Positions 11,365-22,472 of a stretch of 35,743 bases of DNA are shown here, piece after piece. Position 1 is the first letter of the stretch. The number at the start of each line of letters is the position of its first letter. Source of the DNA: Octopus bimaculoides (lineage: Eukaryota); the NCBI RefSeq assembly GCF_001194135.2, contig NC_068997.1:35882341-35918083 (forward strand). Direction: 5' to 3'. The translations under genes were made by a program, and so were the position numbers. The notes under the pieces are model-generated. The model was given only the letters and a program-made list of their open reading frames with translations. It ran no database searches and was not told where the DNA came from.

Positions 11365-12637
11365 TGAGAGGGTACCCAAAAGAAACTGGAATTTTCTAAT
11401 ATTTTATTCATTTACTATCACCTTCAAAGTATTCTCCATTTGAAGCAATGCATTCATCCAGATGCTTTTTCCGCTGTTCAAAGTAGTCCTGGAACTCATG
11501 CGGAGTGATGCCTTTTAACGCCTTGGTTGTTTTTTTCTTTACCTATTCCACTTCTGCAAAACGTTTTCCTTTAAGGACTTTTTTCATTCGGGGTAACAAA
11601 AAAAAGTCACAGGGACCAAGAGCGGGTGTCTAAGAAGGGTGGGTAAGTGGGGTCATGCCATTTTTGGTCAAAAACTACCTCACACACAAGGTGGTGTGTG
11701 CAGGCGCATTGTTGTGATGAAACCACTACTCTCTACTTTTCCACAGGTTGGGGCATTTTCGTCTCATTGCATCTCACAAATGCTTCAAAACTTCCAAGTA
11801 AAATGTCTGGTTAACAATTTGACCAGAAGGAACAAATTCTGTGTGGACAATTCCTTTTGCATCAATGAAACAAATCAACATTGTCTTGACATTGGACTTC
11901 ACTTGACATGCTTTTTGGGGGCATGGTGACATGGAATGAATCCATTGCTGCTTCATTTCTGGGTCATAGCTGTAGCACCTGCTTTCATCACCAGTGATGA
12001 CCTTTGAAAAACATCCAGATCAGCTTCCAAACGTTCTTTCAGTTCATAACATGCATTCAATCGTGACTGATTTTGATCTTCTGTGAGCAAGTGAGGCACA
12101 AATTTTGCTGCAACTCTTTTCATTTACAATTCCTCACTCAGAGCTCCAGGACACACCAGTTATATCAACAAGTTCATCAATTCTTTGGTAACAGTCCTCC
12201 AAGATCAGTTCATGAATTTTCATGATGTTTTCATTTGTTTGGGAAGTCGATGGTGGCTCTGAAGAAGGTTGGTCTTCAAGCAACAAGTGACCATTCCTAA
12301 AGCGTGAAAACTACTTGTAAACTTATGTTTTGCTCATGGTAGCATCCTTATAAGCTGTTTGAATCCTGACAACTGTTTTAGTTGTCGTTTCCCTCAGCAG
12401 AAAACAGAATTTCATGGAAGCATGTTCCTTTGTTTCAGCCATCGCAAATATCAATGAACAGGAGAGAAGCACTTTTAAACAATGATACACCATGTGGCAG
12501 TATGATCTCATTGGACAACACTGGGAAGCAGACTGATGCCTGAGAGTCGCATCAAGTGACTCCTAGCAGTAGAAGTCTGACCAACAACTGGCTTGCCCCA
12601 CAGAGAACGTTTCTGGTTACTTTTGGGTATCCCCTCA
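11365..12637 (-). mobile_element. Full-length mariner (DD34D-type) transposon, 1273 bp, transposase pseudogene
   Basis: ~28-bp TIRs (TGAGAGGGTACCCAAAAGAAACTGGAA / TTCTGGTTACTTTTGGGTATCCCCTCA) flanked by TA (11363-64, 12638-39). Minus-strand transposase from ATG 12442 (MAETKEHASMKFCFLL..), KTMLICFIDAKGIVHTEFVP, HHNNAPAH; disrupted. Confidence 0.92.
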
Positions 12638-12639
12638 TA

Positions 12640-13305
<666 letters not shown>

Positions 13306-13431
13306 AACAAGAGAACAATAGGGAGAAAGAAAAGAAAACAAGGATAGTTTTCTATTTATTCTTTACATTGTTCAATCTCACCCACCTTGCCTGTCTAACT
13401 GTGTATATACATTTGTAGGAGCATGTATATA

Positions 13432-13850
13432 TGTTGGCACCCATGCCAACGCCGTCTCCTTCATTGGACACGATACTTGGCTTGCGAAGACCTGTTGGGG
13501 CAAGCGAAAGCAAAATCGTGATGGCACCTGTGCCCAGCGTCGCTTTCCTGGCACTTGTGCTGGTGGCACGTGTAAAGACATTCGAGCGAGATCGTTGCCA
13601 GTGCCGCTGGACTGGCTCCTGTGCAGGTAGCATGTAAAATACACCATTTTGAGCGTGGCCGTTGCCAGTACCGCCTGACTTGCCTTTGTGTGGGTGACAT
13701 GTAAAAGCACCCACTACACTCTCTGAGTGGTTGGCGTTAGGAAGATTGGAGCCTGGTCAGATTGGAGCCTGGTGTAGCCATCTGGTTCACCAGTCCTCAG
13801 TCAACCCATGCTAGCATGGAAAGCGGACGTTAAACGATGATGATGATGAT
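13432..13850 (+). mobile_element. 5'-truncated RTE 3' UTR copy with (GAT)n tail
   Basis: Homologous to 1-230 and to the reverse complement of 15316-15780. Carries a small internal deletion plus a duplication of ATTGGAGCCTGGT. Confidence 0.85.
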
Positions 13851-13929
13851 TCTTATATTCTTTTGTACATTTCAGCCCTAAAGTTGTGGCCATGCTGGGG
13901 CACTTCCAGTGTAATCACTTTTTCAATGA

Positions 13930-14445
13930 CCAATCTTATGTGATTGGCTGTTGGTGAAGGAGGGAGTTCAACACTGCTGCCCTCTTTTAAGTCTTCTGCC
14001 TTGATATTGGTTCATCTGGGACTTTGGATTGCAGGAAGTCAAGTTGTTTCTTGAAAATATCTACCCCCACTCCATGAAGATCCCTCTGATGCTTTTGCAA
14101 GGTGTTAAACAGCTGTAAGCCCTTGAATCCCAAGGTATTGCAGTAAATGGTCCTCACTCTAGATGAGACAGCTGGGACCTTTCTAACAGTGCAGTGACAT
14201 CCAGTTCAGGGTCTAGTATAGCTCTCAATTCCAAAATTTCGTGTCAGCCCCTCCAGTATCTTCCACACATATACCACTGCATACCTCTCCTGTCTCCACT
14301 CCAGAGAGTAGAGTCATTGCTCATTTAGTCTCTACCAGTAGCTCAGCTGTTCCATTGATGTAATCTTTGTTTAACATCGTTGAACTGCCTCAAGTTCTGC
14401 TTTTAATCTGACACTGTAGAGTGGCCACAGTTGAGAGTAGTAGTC
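13930..14445 (-). mobile_element. CR1-like LINE 3' end (post-RT C-terminus), degenerate
   Basis: Minus-strand SQLWPLYS..ELEAVQR..LSYW.RL..LYSLEWRQERYAVVYVWKILE..GLQLFNTL..DIFKKQLD..VPDEP. Confidence 0.75.
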
Positions 14446-14458
14446 CCTTGCAATATAT

Positions 14459-14489
<31 letters not shown>

Positions 14490-14505
14490 TAGGTTTCAGC
14501 CAAGT

Positions 14506-14605
14506 NNNNNNNNNNNNNNNNNNNNNNNNNNNNNNNNNNNNNNNNNNNNNNNNNNNNNNNNNNNNNNNNNNNNNNNNNNNNNNNNNNNNNNNNNNNNNNN
14601 NNNNN
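14506..14605. other. Assembly gap (100 N), preceded by (TATT)n and a SINE-tail stub
   Basis: N run read directly. Confidence 0.99.
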
Positions 14606-15159
14606 GCCCAGGCTATTCTTATTCTAGCAGCTACACTTTCAGCGCACCCTCACCCACTACTAACTTGGTCACCAAGATAGTGGAAGCTATCAACTATGTC
14701 TAGTTTTTCTCCCTGGAATGTGGCAGAAGTTGTTTTCTGTACCTTTACAGTGTTTATAGCTCCTGAACATCTGCTACATACAAAAACTAACTTCCTAGTT
14801 AACCTTCCTTTGATATTGCTGCACCTCTTATGTGTCCATAGCTTGCACTGGGTGCATCTTGTAGAGTTTCTACCTACGCCTTTGCTACAGATCGAGCAGG
14901 GCCATCTACCTGAAAGCGTTTGTGTGTTGTCTACCTTCCTACTTATTAGGAGTTTGGTTTTAGCTAGGTTGTCTCTAAGGCCCTTCGACTCTAGTCCTTG
15001 CTTCCACATCTGAAACTTCTCCTCTAGTTCTGATAGTGACTCAGCAATTAGTGCAAGGTCATCAGTATAGAGGAGCTCCCAGGGGCATCCTATCTTGAAT
15101 TCCTCTGTTATCGCCTGGAGGACTATGATAAATAGGAGGGGGCTGAGGACTGAACGTTG
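14606..15159 (-). mobile_element. Second, diverged copy of the RTE RT segment (equivalent to 16275-16825), containing an intact PHD finger
   Basis: ORF 14650-15195: SVLSPLLFIIV..ELLYTDDLALI..NLAKTK..CSICSKGVGRNSTRCTQCKLWTHKRC..FVCSRC..DSFHYLGD. Confidence 0.9.
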
Positions 15160-15315
15160 CCAGTACCACCTGACTGGCCTTCGTGCTGGTGGCACATTAA
15201 AGCACTCACTACACCCTTGGAGTGGTTGGCATTAGGAAGGGCATCCAGCTGTAGAAACTCTGCCAAATCAGATTGGAGCCTTGTGTAGCCATCTGGTTCA
15301 CCAGTCCTCAGTCAA
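15155..15315 (+). mobile_element. RTE 3' UTR segment in + orientation, fused to the inverted RT copy; lacks the (GAT)n tail
   Basis: Homologous to ~13665-13805 and to 1-180. The left junction falls in a shared CGTTG (15155-15159). Confidence 0.85.
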
Positions 15316-17548
15316 GATTTGATCTGGCAGAGTTTCTACTGCTGGATGCCCTTCCTAACGCCAACCACTCCGAAAGTGTAGTGGGTGCTTTTATGTGCCA
15401 TCAGCACGAGGGCCAGTTAGGCAGTACTAGCAACGGCCATGCTCAAATGCTGTTTTTTATGTGCCAAATGCACATATGAGCCAATTCAGTGGCACTGGCA
15501 ACGACCTCGCTTGAATGTTGTTTTTCACATGCCAGTAAGGCGACGCTGGTAATGATCACGCTAAAATGGTACTTTTTATGTGCTATCAGCACGGGAGCCA
15601 GCCCTGGCAACGATCACATTCGGTGCTTTTAACATTCCACTGGCATGGGTGCCAATGAGGCGGTGCTGTCATCGGTCACGTCAGCAAATTTGATTTTGAT
15701 TGATTTCACTTGCCTGAACAAGTCTTAGCAAGCAATGCATAAGTAGGCTGGTTACAACGCTGGCATAGGCCACGGGTTATGGTCTCATTTGGCTTGCCGG
15801 GTCTTCTCAAGCACAGCATATTTCCAAAGGTCTCTGTCATGAGACACTGCCTCGCTGAGGCCTAATTTTCGAAGGTCGTGCTTCACCACCTTATCCCAGG
15901 TCTTCCTGTGTCTACCTCTTCCACAGATTCCTTCAACTGCTAGAGTGTGGCACTTTTTCATGCAGCTATCCTCATCCATTCGCACATGTCCATACCAGCA
16001 CAGTCTTCTCTCTTGCACGTCACATCTGATGCTTCTTAGGTCCAACTTTTCTCTCAAGGCGCTTACCCTCTGTTGTGTATGTACACTAACATTATACATC
16101 CAGCGGAGCATACTGGCTTCGTTTCTTGCGAGCTTACGCATGTCCTCAGCAGTCACAGCCCATGTTTCAATGCCATGTAGCATGGCTGTTTGTACACATG
16201 CATCATACAGTCTTCCTTTTACTCTGAGCGAGAGGCCCTTTGTCACCAGCAGAGGTAAGAGATCTCTGAACTTTGCCCAGGCTATTCTTATTCTAGCAGC
16301 TACACTTTCAGTGCACCCTCCCCTGCTACTGACTTGGTCACCTAGGTAATGGAAGCTATCAACTACTTCTAGTTCTTCTCCCTGGAATGTGACAGAAGTT
16401 GTTCTCTATACATTTTCAGTGTTTTTGCTCCTGAGCATTTGCCACATACAAAAACTGTCTTCTCAGTTGGCCTTCCTTTGATATTGCTGCACCTCATATG
16501 TGTCCATAGCTTACACTGGGTACATCTTATAGAGTTTCTACCTATGCCTTTTCTATAGATTGAGCAAGGCCATCTAACTGAAGGGATTTGTGGTTTGTCT
16601 GCCTTCCTACTTATTAAGAGTTTGGTTTTAGCTAGGTTGACTCTAAGGCCCTTCGATTCTAATCCTCGCTTCCACACCTGAAGCTTCTCCTTTAGTTCTG
16701 ATAGTGACTCAGCAAAAAGAGCTAGGTCATCAGCATAGAGGAGCTCCCAGGGGCATCCTGTCTTGAATTCCTGTTATTGCCTGGAGGACTATCATAAATA
16801 GGAGGGGGCTGAGGACTGAACGTTGGTGGACCCCTACCTCTACCCGGAATCCTTCACCGTACTCGTTGCCAACCCTCACCTTACTGACATGGCTTGCACA
16901 GCTCTCACTAACCATTCAGCTATTCCTAGTTTCCTCATTGACCACCAGATAAGGGATCTATGGACCCTGTCGAAGGCTTTCTCCATGTCAATGAAAGCCA
17001 TGTACAGGGGTTTATCTTTGGCTAGGTATCAGAAATATAGCATCAGTGGTACTTTTCCTTGGCACAAACCCAAACTGCATCTCGTCTAGACTGACCCTCT
17101 CCCTAATTAGTTGGGCTACAACCCTCTCTGTGAGTTTCATTACCTGATGCAACAGTTTCATACCTCTGTAATTGTTTGTATCTAAAGCGTCACCTTTACC
17201 TTTGTAGCAGTTGACTATGTTGCTGCTGCACCAGTCATTGGGTATCACCTTCATGTATCACCTGGTTGACTATACGGGTGACTAGGCTATAGCCAACACT
17301 GCCAGATATTTTGAGCATCTCTGCAGTGATTCTTGATGGGCCGGAGGCTTTCCCTGTCTTCATATCCTTAATTGCTTTATCTACCATGGCACTGTCAATT
17401 CAGATAGCTGGTCCCTCTGTTGGGTTGGCATTTTGCAGGCTCTCTTTCTCCCATTCATTCTCTTCATTGAGCAACCTTTCATAGTGGCGTTTCCATACCT
17501 CTCTCTTTGCAGCCTCATTTAATGTAAGTGAACCATCATCCATGCGAA
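15316..17548 (-). mobile_element. RTE-clade LINE, 5'-truncated: RT, PHD-like finger, C-terminus and 3' UTR
   Basis: Minus-strand NYRGMKLL..QFGFVPRKSTTDAIF..GVHQRSVLSPLLF..LLYADDL..YLGD..KGRLYDACVQTAMLHG..RRLCWYGHV..GRGRHRKTW; stop at 15785; several frameshifts. Confidence 0.92.
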
Positions 17549-17598
17549 CACATGTATACACACACACACACACACAAACACATTTATATATGTTGAGT

Positions 17599-17765
17599 AA
17601 AAGAAGACAGTCAGAATTTTGGATAATCCTTTATTAGCGCTTTGATTCATTTTTGAAACTCGTCAAGACAAAATTAAAGTCACCGTTTTGATTTTGATTT
17701 GATCTTGACTAAATGAACGAAAGCGCTAATAAAGGATTATCCAGGTTTCTGACAGCCTTCTTTTT
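17599..17765. repeat. Palindromic MITE-like element with ~55-bp inverted arms
   Basis: AAAGAAGACAGTCAGAATTTTGGATAATCCTTTATTAGCGCTTTGATTCATTT pairs with AAATGAACGAAAGCGCTAATAAAGGATTATCCAGGTTTCTGACAGCCTTCTTT. No clear TSD. Confidence 0.8.
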
Positions 17766-17846
17766 CTCTGTATGCAATATCTGTACACTACTTCAAACAC
17801 TTTATACATACATATGTGTGTGTGTGTGTGTGTGTGTGTGTATAGA

Positions 17847-19067
17847 TAGGTATACCTCGGCTTAAGTTGTTTCAATTTAAGTCGTTCTCATTATACATCA
17901 GTTTTCAAAAATAATATATGGAAAAAAAAATCAAGTCATTTTACTCAACTTTACATCTGTCAGCTACAAATATTGGAATCGTAAAATCATTAGAAAACAA
18001 TTAAAAGCACATAAAATCAAGTTACTGTACAATAAATAAAAATAAATGCATATAAAATCATATTAACATACATACAGTAAATTTTAAGATACAAACCATA
18101 AAGTAATGTAGCTTAGTGAATGAAATCAGCTGTGCTGTCTTATTTATTGGTTTTTCGGAGCGCATATTGCACTGTAGTTCCAATATCTACTGTTAGGCAT
18201 TGTTATCACTCATGATTCCTGCGATTGTTTTGAATTCAGATTAGTTTTCATCTGTTTATCGGCTATTTTCTCATTCTCATTCATTAGTGACTTTATCTTT
18301 TGCCCCCATGTCCCCTAAGAAAATTCATAGTGAAAGTGCTAAGTGTCATGCTATAACATTGGAAGATAAACTGGCTTTGATAAAACACCATGAAAAAGAT
18401 GAAAAAGTGGTAGCAATTGCATGATCTTTTGGAATGAGTTGGACAAATGTATCAACGATTGTACATAATAAGGACAAGATTTTAGAACATATCAAAATCT
18501 GAAGCCCCAGAGATAAAGAACACTCTCATCAATAAGAAAAGAGGCAAAATTTTTGAAGAAATGGAAAGTCTTGTTTCTCTTTGGATTGTTAGGTTGAATT
18601 GTCCGTGTGCTACTATTAGTTAAGAAATCATTCAAGAGAAAGCGTTGTCTTTGTTGAGGACCTGAAGAAAAAATATCCAGATGAGAAAGATGTAGAGTTC
18701 AAGGCAAGTCAAGGATGGTTCATGAGATTTAAGGAGCAAAGAAGTTATCACTCCATTAAGAAGCAAGGTGAAAGTGTATTAGCTGATGCACAAGCAGCAG
18801 TGGAATTTCCTAATGCATTAAAGAAAATCATCGAAGAAAATGGGTTTTTTCTCGAACAGATTTTTAATGTAGACGAAACTGGATTGTATTGGAAAAAATT
18901 GCCAAACCATTCATTCATTTCCAAGGAGGTGAAAATTATTCCAGGTTGCAAGGTCTCAAAAGAACGTGTGACAAGTAAATTCAGTCTTGCTTAGCATAGA
19001 GACAAATTAATTCGACTTAAGTCGTGTCTCTTGGAACCAATTAACAATGTGGGGTGATGTATGCCTG
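17847..19067 (+). mobile_element. Tigger/pogo-family transposon, internal-deletion derivative
   Basis: Termini (T)AGGTATACCTCG ... TGATGTATGCCTG-TA. Transposase from ATG 18308 (MSPKK..ITLEDKL..; FKASQGWFMRFK; QIFNVDETGLYWKK..SKERVT), cut off at ~18972 after the first catalytic Asp. Confidence 0.85.
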
Positions 19068-19599
19068 TATATGTATGTATGAATTTATTCTAACTCCGAT
19101 ACATTTGAAGTAAGTATCTTATTGAAAATTATTTAGAGTTAAATACTTTAAGGCTGTTTATCCCAAACCTCAATAACTTTTCTTTCAGTTTTTCTTGCTG
19201 CTATATATAACCACACAGCCTCTTGCTAATATTTACTACCTGATCCAACACCCTTAAAGTTTGTTACTTTGATTTGTTTTTGCACTTAGTGACACCACTT
19301 TTTTGTCTTTCTTTCTTTCTCTCTCTCTCCTTAAATATCCCTAGAGTTAAATATTCTGTTTCATTATCAGTACATAACATCACTGCCCTCTCTCTGTCTC
19401 TGAACATCCCTAAAGTTATATATTTCGATTCATTGAACCTTTGCAAAGTACACTATCTAGATTCTTTTACCTTCTCTCTTTAAATATTCTCTCTCCCTCT
19501 CTCTCTCTCTCTCTCACTCATTGTTCCTAAAGTTATATATTTTGTATATAGATTGAGGCAAGTAATCAACAAAAGCTGTATTGAAACTGGCAATTCGAT

Positions 19600-22472
19600 G
19601 AGCTCCGTCTTTTTATTCAAGCATAGAGCATGAGTAAGGACTCTCCATCCAGTAACCTAATAGCGGTGGCCTTGAAGAGCTATGGTTTCAATAGGACTAT
19701 GGCACAGGTCATGTGAAAGAAACAGGAGTTCATATGCTCCTATGTTCTTGTCAAACCACATCACAACCTACTAGAAAACATAATGAAGAAAACAGATGAA
19801 GTGTTCAGTGATGACCCTGCATGTCTTGAAACCAATGAAGGACAAACAGATGCTTTAAAAAAGTAACTACGAACACCACCAGCCTCCAAAACAGCACTGA
19901 AAGCAGCTACGGCTGCAATAAGAACAGTTAAAGCTGGACTGTGGTGAAAAACGGAGGTGGACAAAAAACTGACACGGCCAGAAAAACTGATGCTCTCAAG
20001 TCCAAATCTAATAGGAAGGACAAGAACATAGATAAAAACCCAAAATACCAAAAAGGAAAATGAAGAAGCACAAGGATAGAAATGGATATGTTGTATGTAA
20101 ATTTTACTTAAATGGCATCTGCTGGCATGGAGAGAGGGGAGAGGGCTGCAGATTTGCCCATCCCCAAATCTTATCAGAACAACAAGCAGGGTAACCACCT
20201 GAAACAAAACCAGCCAAAAACAAAGAAGGAAATCATCAAGCATGGACCTGCAAGCTAATAGTGCACAAACAAGAAGAAATGAGTCTCAAAAGAGTAGGAA
20301 AAGAGATCAGTACATGCACTCTGCACCCATCAAAAGGTAATATGCAGAGACTGTATGAACTGCTGCTATCAAACAACAGTCTTTTTGTTAATATGGCCCA
20401 GGAGATAGTGCAGCAGCTGACATGGATACACAGGTTGCAAAGCCAAAGTCATACATTTCAATGCACAAGACTGACTCAGGTAACAGGCCCAGAATGGCCA
20501 CCTCTAACACCTACCCAGATATTGCCTCCATATTCCTGTTGAACATCAGAGGCCTACTAAAACTCAGCAACAGAGGTAAAATTCTCTATCTAAAAGAGTT
20601 TGCTGCATGCGATAAAGAAATATGCATAGCACTCATTGAAACGCATCTAACCCCTAATATAACAGATGCAGAAGTACACATACCAGGGTATGCTGTATTT
20701 CATACAGACAAAAGAGAAAGAAGTCATGGTGGAGCTGCTATGTACATCCATGAAGATGTCACACCTCTTGTATTACTGTCACATTCAAATTCATTTGTGA
20801 CAACTTAATAATACATATAAAACAAGTTGATGTAGTTGTATACACAATATACTGTTTGCCAAATACCGTGAAATATGATAGCAAATTTGAGGATAGTCTC
20901 ACCCACATAGAAGAGGTATTGACAAACCTAGATCAGCACATCAATATACCGCTCCGGGGTGACTTCAACCTCCCACATGTTAAATGGCCAGAAAGCTACA
21001 TCCTCTCTGGGGTGTCACTGCATGAACAAAAGGACGTTGAGTCCATTACTGGAACTCTCTAATATGCTGTTCATGAAACAAGTGATACTCACACCAACCA
21101 GGGGAAACATCTTGGCCCTATTCTTCACAAATAATGTGGGCCTTATCCATAATGTATGGGTGACACCAACAAGTTTCTCAGATTACAACATTGTTGAATT
21201 AACTATGTATGGTCTTAAGCAAACTGCTGGTATTTACTCTATCAGGTAGACCTAAGTTATATCTAACCTGTTTCTCAATAAAGCAAAATGGGAATCAATC
21301 TGCAAAGAGATACACAAATAAAACTGATCCAACATTCTATGTATGTAAGACATTGACTTGAAACTCAGTCAGTTTATGTCAACAGTACAAACTGTATGCA
21401 CTAAATACACCCTGGAAAGAAAGGCCAGCATAGACAACAAGATTCCTAGGGAGAGAAAAATCGTTATGAGATGCAGATCAAAGGTCTCAAACTGGTTGAA
21501 TAGACAACTGAAACAATAGGGAGAAGTCTATTTTAATACAGACACACCTAGAAATCTAAAGCAAAAAGAAAGAGCAGAGAGAGGAAACAGATCTGTAGTA
21601 AGCATAAAAGCAAACCCTAAAGCTTTCTATAAATTTACTAAAGAAACAGCCACAATACAATATAAAATAAGACCATTGTTCTTAAGGAATGGCTCACTAA
21701 CTACTGACCCATGAAGGATAAGTGAAATATTCAGTGAACAATTTAAAAGAGTCTTCATTTCCCCCCTAGGACACATGCAGATAAAAAAACCCAGCTGAAT
21801 TCTTTAATATTGCAGCTCTAAAAAAGGAGGTGCCAACCATCAGTTACATCAACATTGAGGATGTAACAGTGGCCATAGATAAAATGAGCTCAAACTCCAC
21901 AACTGGTCCTGATGGCTTCCTAGCTATTCTCCTGAAGTCATGTAAGCAGGCAAAACTGCTTCAGATACCTTTCCAAAGTTTCCTTGCAAGTGATATACTT
22001 CTTAAAAAGCTAAAAGAAAGCATTATATGCCCTATCCACAAAGTTGGAAGCAGAACAGAGGCCAAAAACTACAGGCCAATCTCTCTGACTTCACATATCA
22101 GTAAAGTCGTGGGGTAAATCATCAGAAAGAAGCTGATGATGTTCCTAGAAGAAAATGACCTACTGAACAATACACAGCATGGCTTTTGTCCAGGAAGAAG
22201 TTGCCTCACACAACTACAACACTATGACTGGGTTTTGAAACAGTTGCTTGACCAGTCAGATGTCAGTGTGATATAACTTGACTTCACAAAGGCATTTGAT
22301 AATGTAGACCATGTCATGATATGTCATAAGCTGCAAGAGCTTGGCACTGCTGGTAAACTGGGAGAGTGGCTGCATGACTTCCTTAAAGACAGTTGTAGCT
22401 AACAGTGCCTTTTGTGAGGAAACTCAAATCCTAAGTGGCATCCCCCAGAGAACTGTTCTGGAGCCATTACTT
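19600..22472 (+). mobile_element. CR1-like LINE: upstream Cys/His region, AP endonuclease, and RT truncated at the 3' side
   Basis: LLNIRGL..IETHL..GGAAMYI..GDFNLPHVKW..PTRGNILALFFTNN..SDYNIV (20500-21250). GPDG..NYRPISLTSHISKV..QHGFCPGRSCLTQL..DFTKAFD..GIPQRTVLEPLL (21830-22472). Many stops; 5' boundary approximate. Confidence 0.88.

Noticed and set aside
13352-13714. Overlapping 80-120 aa ORFs in a GC-richer island
   Set aside because: They lie in the non-coding RTE 3' UTR repeat; openness follows from higher GC.
19640-19745. Possible PHD remnant at the CR1 5' end (LWHRSC..FICS)
   Set aside because: Needs several frameshifts and lacks most cysteines; cannot be supported.
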